DNA of 64,000 nt. Source: a virus. Made by a program: the position numbers and the translations under genes. The notes under the pieces are model-generated. The model ran no database searches. It saw nothing but the letters and a program-made list of their open reading frames with translations, and was not told where the DNA came from. The stretch lies in IMG/VR virus record IMGVR_UViG_3300025276_000022. One strand, given 5' to 3'. Of this stretch, positions 30,009-38,831 are shown piece after piece (position 1 is the stretch's first letter; the number at the start of each line of letters is the position of its first letter).

Positions 30009-31052
30009 ATGACTGATCTTAATAAACAAGTCGAAGCTGAACTTCACGAATCTGATATTAACGAAATCGTGGAGGAAACTCTCGAAGAAGCACAAGCTCC
30101 TGCATCTAAAGGTGTATCGACCGACGGCCAGGAAGTTTCTGAGCCAGAGTCAATCGCATCTGTAGATAAAGCAGCCGACGCAACTTCTAAGGCTTCATTA
30201 CCAAAAACTAAGGCAGGTATGATCAATGCGATGTACCAGTCCTTAAATAAAATGAAAAAGGGCGACCTCACGGCAGCCTATTCGAAGATGATGGAAGGTA
30301 TTGACCTAGAAGACGTTATTGCGGAAGAGGCTAACACTCAGTCTGAACTTGCAGCAATCGTTGACGGTGAAGCAACTCTGTCAGAAGAGTTCAAAGAAAA
30401 GACATCTTTAATTTTTGAAGCAGCTGTTAAAACTAAGCTGTCTGAAGAAGTTACTCGTCTTGAAGAGCAGTACACCGAAGAACTTGCAGAAGAAGTCAAT
30501 TCGATTAAAACTGACCTAGTCGGTAAAGTCGATTCTTACCTAAACTACGTTGTTGAATCTTGGATGGAAGATAACAAGTTAGCGATCCACTCCGGTCTTC
30601 GTACCGAAATCGCTGAAGGGTTTATGGAAAAAATGAAAGACGTGTTTACAGAGTCTTACATTGATGTTCCAGAGTCTAAGGTAGACCTAGTTGATGAATT
30701 AGCATTACAAGTAGAAGAGTTAGAAGAAAAACTAAACTCAACTACAGGTGACGCGATTCAACTTGCTGAAGAACTAGAATCTTACAAGCGTGATTCAATC
30801 ATTGCTGAAGCTTCTCGTGGACTAGCAGACACACAAGCGGAAAAGTTAAAAGGACTATTAGAAACAGTTGAATTTGAAAGTGAAGAAACATTCACCGCCA
30901 AAGTAACTACTGTTAAAGAGTCATACTTTTCAAAAGAAATCCCTGAGCAACTCGAAGAATCTGCAGCCTCTGATGACGCTGAAGAAGAAATCGAAGTATC
31001 TTCCTCTATGGAAGGGTACATCTCTGCTCTAAGAAAAACCTCTAAGAAATAA
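30009..31052 (+). CDS. gp22: Prohead scaffold protein
   Basis: LSEEFKEK...IFEAAV; VDSYLNYVVE.W. Confidence 0.92.
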   Translation: MTDLNKQVEAELHESDINEIVEETLEEAQAPASKGVSTDGQEVSEPESIASVDKAADATSKASLPKTKAGMINAMYQSLNKMKKGDLTAAYSKMMEGIDLEDVIAEEANTQSELAAIVDGEATLSEEFKEKTSLIFEAAVKTKLSEEVTRLEEQYTEELAEEVNSIKTDLVGKVDSYLNYVVESWMEDNKLAIHSGLRTEIAEGFMEKMKDVFTESYIDVPESKVDLVDELALQVEELEEKLNSTTGDAIQLAEELESYKRDSIIAEASRGLADTQAEKLKGLLETVEFESEETFTAKVTTVKESYFSKEIPEQLEESAASDDAEEEIEVSSSMEGYISALRKTSKK

Positions 31053-31063
31053 GGAATAATAAA

Positions 31064-32365
31064 ATGAACAAATCATTTGATCAATTGATCGAAAAATGGT
31101 CACCAGTTCTTAATGAAGAGTCTGCTGGCAAAATTACTGACTATCAGCGTAAAGCTGTAACAGCTCAAGTACTAGAAAACCAAGAACGTGCACTTATGGA
31201 AGAGCGTTCAGCTTCACAAGGTTTCTTAACTGAAACTGCAACAAACGCAACTGGTTCTGGCGTTAACAACTGGGATCCAGTTTTGATCTCTCTAGTCCGT
31301 CGTTCAATGCCTAACCTAATGGCATATGACGTATGTGGCGTTCAGCCAATGTCAGGCCCAACTGGTCTCATCTTCGCGATGAAGTCACGTTACACTGCAC
31401 AAGACGGTTCTGAAGCACTATTCAACGAAGCAGACTCTGCATTCTCTGGATCAGCTTCAAGCACACAATCTGGCGATTCGTCAGGTCTTTCTGGTTTTGA
31501 TGCAGCAGCACAAACTGGTCGTTCTGTAGATGCAGCCGGTCGCCCAATGGGTACTTCTGTTGCTGAATCTCTAGGAAATACTGGCCCAGCATTCGCAGAA
31601 ATGGGTTTCTCAATCGAGAAGCAATCTGTTGTTGCTAAGTCACGTGCTCTTAAAGCAGAATACTCTCTAGAACTAGCACAAGATCTTAAAGCAATCCACG
31701 GTCTTGACGCTGAAACTGAACTTGCTAACATTCTTTCTACTGAGATCCTTGCGGAAATCAATAGAGAAGTTATCCGTACAATTAACACTCAAGCAGTGTT
31801 AGGTGCACAACAAGCTTCAGTAGCACAAAATGGTGTATTCGACCTAACTACAGACGCAGACGGACGTTGGTCAGCAGAGAAGTTTAAAGGTCTAGTAATT
31901 CAATTAGATCGTGAAGCAAACCAGATCGCTAAGACAACTCGTCGTGGTAAGGGTAACATCGTTATCTGTTCTTCTGACGTTGCTACTGCTCTTGCTGCTT
32001 CTGGACAACTTGACTTCCAAGTTGGCGCTGGTCTCTCTATCGATGACACTGGTAACACTTTTGCTGGTACTCTAAATGGTAAGATGAAAGTTTATATCGA
32101 TCCATACGCGACTACTGACTATGTTACAGTTGGTTATAAAGGCACTAACGCTTATGACGCAGGTGTTTTCTACTGCCCATACGTGCCATTACAAATGGTT
32201 AAAGCAGTTGGCGAGAATGATTTCCAACCACGTATCGGGTTCAAAACTCGTTACGGAATGGCTTCTAACCCATTCGTATCTCCAGCTGGCGAGCAGAACA
32301 TTGCCGCTACTGCCGGAATCAACACGTACTACCGTATCTTCCGCGTCGACAACATCATGGCGTAA
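31064..32365 (+). CDS. gp23: Major capsid protein
   Basis: GVQPMSGPTGLIFAM; SRALKAEYSLELAQDLKAIHGLDAE; FQPRIGFKTRYG. Confidence 0.98.
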   Translation: MNKSFDQLIEKWSPVLNEESAGKITDYQRKAVTAQVLENQERALMEERSASQGFLTETATNATGSGVNNWDPVLISLVRRSMPNLMAYDVCGVQPMSGPTGLIFAMKSRYTAQDGSEALFNEADSAFSGSASSTQSGDSSGLSGFDAAAQTGRSVDAAGRPMGTSVAESLGNTGPAFAEMGFSIEKQSVVAKSRALKAEYSLELAQDLKAIHGLDAETELANILSTEILAEINREVIRTINTQAVLGAQQASVAQNGVFDLTTDADGRWSAEKFKGLVIQLDREANQIAKTTRRGKGNIVICSSDVATALAASGQLDFQVGAGLSIDDTGNTFAGTLNGKMKVYIDPYATTDYVTVGYKGTNAYDAGVFYCPYVPLQMVKAVGENDFQPRIGFKTRYGMASNPFVSPAGEQNIAATAGINTYYRIFRVDNIMA

Positions 32366-32415
32366 GCGAAAGATTACAAAGGATAACAATAAGAAACTTT
32401 GTTTTAATCTTTATA

Positions 32416-32441
32416 GGGGACTCTTCGGAGTCCCTTTTTTT
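32416..32441 (+). terminator. Rho-independent terminator after gp23
   Basis: GGGACTC-TTCG-GAGTCCC followed by T7. Confidence 0.92.
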
Positions 32442-32517
32442 ATGTGTTAAATAATGCATATATATGAGGGTATCAAATAATAAGGAAAGTAATTGCCAAG
32501 GATGGCGCTTATTATTA

Positions 32518-32525
32518 TATAAATA
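32518..32525 (+). promoter_or_regulatory. T4-type late promoter
   Basis: TATAAATA before gp3. Confidence 0.7.
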
Positions 32526-32548
32526 TATGGTATACTAGAGGGTATCTC

Positions 32549-33016
32549 ATGGCATTAACAGATAATAAAAATTTATTGCAACCCACAGGATTCCGTGTTA
32601 TAGTGGAAAGAGAAAACTATGGCAACCTAGAATTCTTTGCGCAAGCAGTATCGCATCCAGGCGCGACTGTCGCCGCGGTAGAGATCCCCGTACCCAGAAT
32701 TCAAGGATTGCCTATGCCAGGCGATACTATAAGTTATGGTGAGCTCTCGTTAAATTTAATATTAGATGAAGAACTCTCTGCATATAAAGAAGTTCAGAAG
32801 TGGTTGGAAGATTCTGTATACGGTAACCGAGAGGTTATACACCACGATATCTCTGTGCTAATTCTAAGTAGTCACAATAACTCTTGTGCAAAAATAAATT
32901 ATAAAAACTGTATACCTACTCAGTTAGGTGCTATAGAATTTAGTTCTACAGCTGGTGATGTGACGTACGTAAACTTTGATGCAACCTTTAGATTTACAGA
33001 ATTTGTTTTGTTATGA
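32549..33016 (+). CDS. gp3: Tail tube terminator / tail completion protein
   Basis: NLLQPTGF; PGDTISYGEL.L..ILDE; position after gp23 as in marine T4-like phages. Confidence 0.8.
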   Translation: MALTDNKNLLQPTGFRVIVERENYGNLEFFAQAVSHPGATVAAVEIPVPRIQGLPMPGDTISYGELSLNLILDEELSAYKEVQKWLEDSVYGNREVIHHDISVLILSSHNNSCAKINYKNCIPTQLGAIEFSSTAGDVTYVNFDATFRFTEFVLL

Positions 33017-33657
33017 GCCTGACCAAGTTTCCGATTAAGAATGCAGCAGTTCTGAGCATTCTTGAAGATTTCAGATATACTTATCGTGAGTTATATCAAC
33101 CTGAAAATACTAACACCTGTTTGTTCCCCGAAATGAAAGGTATGGCGGATCACTACACTGGTGAAGATGAAATGTGGCGTATCATTGACATGGGAGAGGA
33201 GCATGACGGTTCTGCATCTACCTCTGTATGTTATGCAATTAAACCAGATCACTATAACGGTACCCACCCAGAAGAGTACTCGAAGACGTGGATTAACCTC
33301 AACACCAGCCTGACCGAAGAGTTAGGTGTCCAACACAGTGCTCTCTCTACTCTATATCCACCCCAAGGGTTTATTGGTTGGCATAATAATGCAAATGCAT
33401 CTGCGTATAATATAATATTCACTTGGTCAGAACATGGTGAAGGATGGTTCAAGTATGTTGACCCCAAGACTCAAGAGGTCATAACAATCCAAGATGAGAA
33501 GGGTTGGAACTTGAAGGCAGGACACTTCGGTATATATGGGTCTGGTGATGTAGTTTACCATTCTGCAAAGACAGATTGCTATAGGATGACTTTAAGTTAC
33601 ACGCTAGGCCATGATGAATATTATTGGAAAGATTGTATTGACTTTATAACCAGTTAG
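33013..33657 (+). CDS. 2OG-Fe(II) oxygenase-like DSBH protein (paralogue 2)
   Basis: YPPQGFIGWHNNANA...YHSA....RMT. Confidence 0.6.
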   Translation: MSLTKFPIKNAAVLSILEDFRYTYRELYQPENTNTCLFPEMKGMADHYTGEDEMWRIIDMGEEHDGSASTSVCYAIKPDHYNGTHPEEYSKTWINLNTSLTEELGVQHSALSTLYPPQGFIGWHNNANASAYNIIFTWSEHGEGWFKYVDPKTQEVITIQDEKGWNLKAGHFGIYGSGDVVYHSAKTDCYRMTLSYTLGHDEYYWKDCIDFITS

Positions 33658-33666
33658 TGTTATACT
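33638..33666 (+). promoter_or_regulatory. sigma70-like promoter for uvsY
   Basis: TTGACT-17 bp-TATACT. Confidence 0.55.
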
Positions 33667-33694
33667 AAATAACATTACATGAAAAGGTCTATAT

Positions 33695-34141
33695 ATGATT
33701 GATTTAGAATCCATTCTTATCGAATGGCAGAAAGACTGTGAGATATCACAACACCAACTGGACGAAGTCTCCCGACAGACTCCATCACTACATGCAAAAT
33801 ATTTGCAGTATCTGGCGTTCGCCAAACTACAACTCAAACGTTCTGAAAATAAACAGAAGACGTTGCTCAAACAAAAGTTCTTATACTATAACGGAAAGAT
33901 GTCTGAAGAAGAGGTCTTGGCGACTGGGTGGGATTTAGATCCATTCAATGGTCTGCGAATGTTAAAAGGTGAGATGGAGTACTACTACGACGCTGACTCT
34001 GAGATTCAGAAGTCAGAAGAGAAGCTCATATACTACAAAACTCTTATCGATACTCTGAAAGATATTGTTGATACTTTGAAGTGGAGACACCAAACTGTCA
34101 AAAATATGATTCAATGGCGTATGTTCGAAGCAGGCGGTTAA
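33695..34141 (+). CDS. uvsY: Recombination mediator UvsY
   Basis: PSLHAKYL; LYYNGK; IKNMI.W-like end; directly upstream of uvsW. Confidence 0.85.
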   Translation: MIDLESILIEWQKDCEISQHQLDEVSRQTPSLHAKYLQYLAFAKLQLKRSENKQKTLLKQKFLYYNGKMSEEEVLATGWDLDPFNGLRMLKGEMEYYYDADSEIQKSEEKLIYYKTLIDTLKDIVDTLKWRHQTVKNMIQWRMFEAGG

Positions 34142-34186
34142 GTAACATATAAGTATACTCACGAAGTATGAAAGGATATTATTGAG

Positions 34187-34339
34187 ATGTATGATACAGA
34201 AGATCTAAGAAAAGCAGAACAACTTCATCTGTTAGGACATAAAACAGATATTAATATTATTGAACTAGCAAAGATTCTTTATGAGCATAGACAACAAAAT
34301 TCGAATCAGGATGTTGAACCACAGTTTCTTCGCGGTTGA
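34187..34339 (+). CDS. Possible 50-aa hypothetical protein (MYDTEDLRK...)
   Basis: AAGGA upstream; fills the uvsY-uvsW gap and overlaps the uvsW start; below the ORF-track cutoff. Confidence 0.35.
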   Translation: MYDTEDLRKAEQLHLLGHKTDINIIELAKILYEHRQQNSNQDVEPQFLRG

Positions 34340-35810
34340 AGCCCATCCAGCGCAGGAACAAGAGTTAAGGGAATACTTTTCGTTTTTTGTGCCGGGCTAC
34401 AAGTTCATGCCAGCCTACAAGCGCAAGCAGTGGGACGGTCGCGTAAAACTTTATAACATGGTATCCAAACAAATGAACGTGGGTCTGTATACTCACCTTC
34501 GTCGTTTCTGTGCAGATCGTTTTTATCAGTTGGAGATACTCGAACATGAGGTGTATGGAATACCCTCATTTAAGGAAGATATAGACCACCCTGCTCTAAT
34601 TGACTTTCTGTCAGTGCTGGATGTTCCTTTTAAACCTAGAGACTATCAGTATAAGGCCATTGCTCACGGAGTCGAGAACAGGCGCTGTCTGCTGTTGAGT
34701 CCTACGGGTAGTGGTAAGTCGTTCATCATTTATAACCTTCTCCGGTATTGCTATGAAGTAACCGAAGGTAAAATACTGGTCATTGTCCCAACCACTTCCT
34801 TAGTTGAACAGATGTACAAAGACTTTTCCGACTACGGTTATGACGTGGATGATTTCTGTCATAAAATATATTCCGGTAAAGAGAAGGTCACTGATAAGAG
34901 AGTTATCATCTCCACGTGGCAGTCAATCTATAAGTTTGGTAAGGAATGGTTTGAACAGTTTAACACTATCTTTGGTGATGAAGTACATCTTTTCAAAGCA
35001 AAGTCTCTCTCTGGTATGATGGACAAGTGTACTGAAGCACAATATAGGTTTGGTCTTACTGGTACTCTTGACGGTACTGAGACTAATAAACTAGTGTTAG
35101 AGGGTTTGTTTGGGCCCACGTTTACGGTAACTAGAACCGTAGAACTCCAAAAGAATAAACAACTAGCAGAGTTGGAGATATCAATTCTGTTGTTAAGGTA
35201 TCATAGTGATATCTGTAATATGATGAAAGATAAAAACTATCAAGAGGAACTTGATTATATCGTCACATATGAACCACGTAATAAGTTTATAAGTAAGATT
35301 GCATTAGATCAAAAAGGGAATACTTTAGTTATGTTTCAGTTTGTAGAGAAACATGGTAAGGTATTATATGAAATGATCAAGTCACTAGCGGCAGAAGGTA
35401 GGAAGGTGTTTTACGTTTCTGGTGAGGTAGATGTGACTGATCGAGAACTGATACGAGGTATAGTAGAGAAAGAAAATGACTCAATTATTGTTGCCTCTTT
35501 GGGCACTTTCAGCACTGGCATCAACATCCGCAATCTGCATAATATTGTATTCGCGACTCCATCCAAATCTCAGGTTAAGGTACTCCAATCAGTTGGCCGT
35601 GGTCTCCGCCAGTCTGACGATGGTAGGACTACTAAGCTTATTGATATCGCTGACGATCTCCATGTCAAATCTCATAAGAACTTTACTCTGAGACATAGCG
35701 CCGAAAGGATTAAGATATATACTAAGGAAGGATTTGATTATAAAGTGTATCCTATTGACTTAAAACCCACAAGAGTAGAAAATGATGACAAAGACGAATT
35801 CTTCGATTAG
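34281..35810 (+). CDS. uvsW: SF2 RNA-DNA/DNA helicase UvsW
   Basis: PRDYQ; SPTGSGKS; GDEVH; GLTGT; LQSVGRGLR. Confidence 0.95.
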   Translation: MSIDNKIRIRMLNHSFFAVEAHPAQEQELREYFSFFVPGYKFMPAYKRKQWDGRVKLYNMVSKQMNVGLYTHLRRFCADRFYQLEILEHEVYGIPSFKEDIDHPALIDFLSVLDVPFKPRDYQYKAIAHGVENRRCLLLSPTGSGKSFIIYNLLRYCYEVTEGKILVIVPTTSLVEQMYKDFSDYGYDVDDFCHKIYSGKEKVTDKRVIISTWQSIYKFGKEWFEQFNTIFGDEVHLFKAKSLSGMMDKCTEAQYRFGLTGTLDGTETNKLVLEGLFGPTFTVTRTVELQKNKQLAELEISILLLRYHSDICNMMKDKNYQEELDYIVTYEPRNKFISKIALDQKGNTLVMFQFVEKHGKVLYEMIKSLAAEGRKVFYVSGEVDVTDRELIRGIVEKENDSIIVASLGTFSTGINIRNLHNIVFATPSKSQVKVLQSVGRGLRQSDDGRTTKLIDIADDLHVKSHKNFTLRHSAERIKIYTKEGFDYKVYPIDLKPTRVENDDKDEFFD

Positions 35811-36201
35811 ACATTTGAAATTAGTAACAGGTGAGGAAGTCATCTGTGAAGTTTTAGATGAATCTTCAGATACTATCGTTGTGAATAATGCTATGAGTTT
35901 AATGCAGAATTCTTTAAAGAATGGTGATAAGTTTTTTACGTTCAAGACATATATGATTTATCAGGATACTCCTACAAATGTAATAATAGTTTTTACTGAT
36001 AAGATTATGTCTCTAGCAACACCAGCAAAAGGAATGATTGAACAGTATACTATTGCTCTGAGAGAGATGGCTAATTATCTAGAACAGAATTTCAATGAAG
36101 ATGATATTGAAGATGATAGAGACATTGATGACTGGTTAGATGATATGACAAAAGAAAATACTGTTATTGATTCAGATGTCAACGGAATGTTGATGAACTA
36201 A
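35782..36201 (+). CDS. Conserved hypothetical protein (Sm-like N-terminus, acidic tail)
   Basis: KLVTGEEVICEV motif; usual neighbour of uvsW in marine T4-like phages. Confidence 0.65.
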   Translation: MMTKTNSSIRHLKLVTGEEVICEVLDESSDTIVVNNAMSLMQNSLKNGDKFFTFKTYMIYQDTPTNVIIVFTDKIMSLATPAKGMIEQYTIALREMANYLEQNFNEDDIEDDRDIDDWLDDMTKENTVIDSDVNGMLMN

Positions 36202-36235
36202 ATTCTTATATACTCCCCTCTGGGACAGTAAAGAT

Positions 36236-36264
36236 ATTATACACTATAAAACAGGATCTGTCAA
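36236..36264 (-). promoter_or_regulatory. Perfect-consensus sigma70 promoter on the minus strand
   Basis: Reverse complement reads TTGACA-17 bp-TATAAT. Confidence 0.65.
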
Positions 36265-36270
36265 GGACAA

Positions 36271-36651
36271 ATGAAAATAAAATATTATCCTTATATTATA
36301 CTACCAATCGGAACCTTTATTCCTAAAAGGTTTGCCGCAGTGGTGTTTCTTTTCATTATATTTGTTCGCAGGGGATCTAGAAACAACCAAGCACTCATAG
36401 AACATGAGAAAGTACATGTCCGACAATTCTGGAGGACGTTCTGCACACACCCTATATGGTACCAGTTTAGTAAAGCATACAGACTTCGTGCAGAAGTTGA
36501 AGGTTATGCGGTACAGATAAAGGTAAGAGAAGTGCTTGGTAAGAAACCTGAATTCGAACGTCACGCTAAATTTATCGCTACTCACTATAATCTAGATGTC
36601 ACAATTGCCGAAGCAAAAGCATTGTTGATAGAGGAACACAGTAAATTATGA
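36271..36651 (+). CDS. Hypothetical protein with HExxH zincin-like motif
   Basis: EHEKVHVRQ followed by EVEGY. Confidence 0.55.
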   Translation: MKIKYYPYIILPIGTFIPKRFAAVVFLFIIFVRRGSRNNQALIEHEKVHVRQFWRTFCTHPIWYQFSKAYRLRAEVEGYAVQIKVREVLGKKPEFERHAKFIATHYNLDVTIAEAKALLIEEHSKL

Positions 36652-37061
36652 AAGTAGTGGGATTCACTTGTTCAGCATTCGATCTGTTACACGCAGGCCA
36701 TGTCGCAATGTTACGTGACGCAAAGGCACACTGTGACTACCTTATATGCGGTCTTCAAGTAGATCCTTCGTTAGACCGTAAACATAAGAATTCTCCGGTA
36801 CAAAGTATTGTCGAACGATACTCTCAACTAAATGCTGTCGGTTATGTAGATGAGATAATTCCATACGTAACTGAGCAAGACCTTGAAGATATTCTCTCTA
36901 TGTATCAAATAGACCTTCGCATAATGGGTGAAGAGTATAGAGATAATGATTTTACAGGTAAGGACATCTGTAGGAAACGAGGTATACAATTATACTTCAA
37001 TGAAAGGTCACATAGATTCTCTTCCAGCGGATTGAGGGAAAGAGTTAAGGCAAAAGATTGA
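36648..37061 (+). CDS. Cytidylyltransferase (TagD/glycerol-3-phosphate type)
   Basis: FDLLHAGH (HxGH); ER; R.H.FSSS.LR. Confidence 0.85.
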   Translation: MKVVGFTCSAFDLLHAGHVAMLRDAKAHCDYLICGLQVDPSLDRKHKNSPVQSIVERYSQLNAVGYVDEIIPYVTEQDLEDILSMYQIDLRIMGEEYRDNDFTGKDICRKRGIQLYFNERSHRFSSSGLRERVKAKD

Positions 37062-37086
37062 CAAGACCTCCGTTTTTTGTTATAAT
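37058..37086 (+). promoter_or_regulatory. sigma70 promoter (gp55)
   Basis: TTGACA-17 bp-TATAAT. Confidence 0.8.
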
Positions 37087-37116
37087 GGCTACTTAATTAA
37101 ACAAGTGATATAACTT

Positions 37117-37704
37117 ATGAAACCTAAAGAAAAACCGCACTACGTGAACAATAGAGATTTTTCTAACGCAGTTGTCGAATACTGCACCACTGTTAAAGAC
37201 TCTAAAGAGTCGGGTAATACTCGGCCTATCGTAACTAATTATATCGCTACCTGTTTTCTAAAGATAGCAGAAGGACTTTCCCATAAAGGAAACTTTGTTC
37301 GTTATACATATCGTGAAGAGATGGTGATGGACGCAGTAGAGAATTGTCTTAAAGCAATTGAAAACTATGATATTGAAGCGGCTACCCGTTCTGGGAAACC
37401 CAATGCATTCGCATACTTCACACAGATATCATGGTACGCATTCCTCCGAAGGATCCAGAAAGAAAAGAAACAACAAGACATCAAAATGAAGTATATTGCT
37501 GAAGCAGACATCAGCGCATTCATGGACGGTGACGGTGACGGTTTCTACCACCAACAAAGTTCTCCATTTGTAGACACTCTACGTCAACGTATTGATGTGG
37601 TAAAGGGTGCTGACGACGAGTTCAAACAATATGCAAAGGAAGAGAAGAAGCGCAAACGACGTGCAGTATACGTTGACTCGGATTTATCAGAACATCTTGA
37701 ATAA
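37117..37704 (+). CDS. gp55: Late-transcription sigma factor
   Basis: HYVNN; NFVRYTYREEMV.DAVENC; NAFAYFTQI...AFLRRIQKEK. Confidence 0.93.
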   Translation: MKPKEKPHYVNNRDFSNAVVEYCTTVKDSKESGNTRPIVTNYIATCFLKIAEGLSHKGNFVRYTYREEMVMDAVENCLKAIENYDIEAATRSGKPNAFAYFTQISWYAFLRRIQKEKKQQDIKMKYIAEADISAFMDGDGDGFYHQQSSPFVDTLRQRIDVVKGADDEFKQYAKEEKKRKRRAVYVDSDLSEHLE

Positions 37705-37713
37705 ATATTGCCC

Positions 37714-37742
37714 TTGACAGGGTGATATAATTATAGTATAAT
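37714..37742 (+). promoter_or_regulatory. sigma70 promoter (gp47/46)
   Basis: TTGACA-17 bp-TATAAT. Confidence 0.8.
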
Positions 37743-37772
37743 AGCAGTTATATAAATCGAGTTGAGTCTTTT

Positions 37773-38831
37773 ATGAAGCTAGCAATATTAAATGATACGC
37801 ACTGCGGTTGTCGGAATTCGTCCGATATCTTTATGGAGTATCAGGAACGTTTTTACAGCGAAGTCTTTTTTCCGTATCTTCTTGAGAACGGCATTACTCA
37901 GATCCTACATCTGGGTGATTATTATGACAACCGTAAAACCATCAATCTTAAAGCGTTAAACCATAACCGCCGTATCTTCTTGGATAAGCTCCGTGATTAC
38001 GGTATCACTATGGATATAATTCCAGGCAACCATGACGTTTACTTTAAAAATACTATTGAACTAAACTCCCTGAAAGAGTTGATGGGACACTATATCAATG
38101 AAGTAGACATCCTAATGGATCCTGTCGTCCGTGAGTATGGTGGCGTTAAGTTTGGTCTTGTCCCTTGGATCTGTCCTGAGAACGAGAAAGAGATATTGTC
38201 TTTCTTAGAGAACTGTGGTGCTGATGTCATCGGTGGCCACTTCGAACTCGCAGGGTTTGAGATGGATAAGGGTGTTGTATGCCATAGTGGTATGGATCCG
38301 AAACCTCTAGAACGTTTTGAAACTGTGTTGTCCGGACACTTCCATACTAAATCTAGTAAGGGTAACATTACTTACTTAGGAGCACAACTAGAGTTCTTCT
38401 GGAACGATGCTCATGACCCCAAGTACTTCCACATCTACGATACAGAAACTCGTGAGATGACCCCCATACAGAATACGGTCGCACTATTTCATAAAATATA
38501 TTATGATGAGACTACCATTAATTACTTCGAAGATCTTTCACATCTAGACGGTAAGTTTGTTAAGTTGATTGTCTCGAATCGATCAGACATGCAGAAGTTT
38601 GAACGTTACGTTGACAGGATCCAGCAACAGAAGATTCACGAGTTGAAGATTGCAGAAGACTTTAAAGAATTTCGTGGAGAAAATGTAGCTAATAATGATA
38701 TTACTATTGACGACACCGAAACTTTAGTGTATAATTATATACAAGAAGTCGATACTGATTTAGATAAAGAACGTATCAAGGCTGTAGTATCCGAATTAAT
38801 GATTGAGGCACAGAGCGTCGAAATGGCATGA
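37773..38831 (+). CDS. gp47: Recombination endonuclease, Mre11-like
   Basis: DTH.G; LGDYYDNR; GNHD; GHFE; SGHFH. Confidence 0.93.
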   Translation: MKLAILNDTHCGCRNSSDIFMEYQERFYSEVFFPYLLENGITQILHLGDYYDNRKTINLKALNHNRRIFLDKLRDYGITMDIIPGNHDVYFKNTIELNSLKELMGHYINEVDILMDPVVREYGGVKFGLVPWICPENEKEILSFLENCGADVIGGHFELAGFEMDKGVVCHSGMDPKPLERFETVLSGHFHTKSSKGNITYLGAQLEFFWNDAHDPKYFHIYDTETREMTPIQNTVALFHKIYYDETTINYFEDLSHLDGKFVKLIVSNRSDMQKFERYVDRIQQQKIHELKIAEDFKEFRGENVANNDITIDDTETLVYNYIQEVDTDLDKERIKAVVSELMIEAQSVEMA

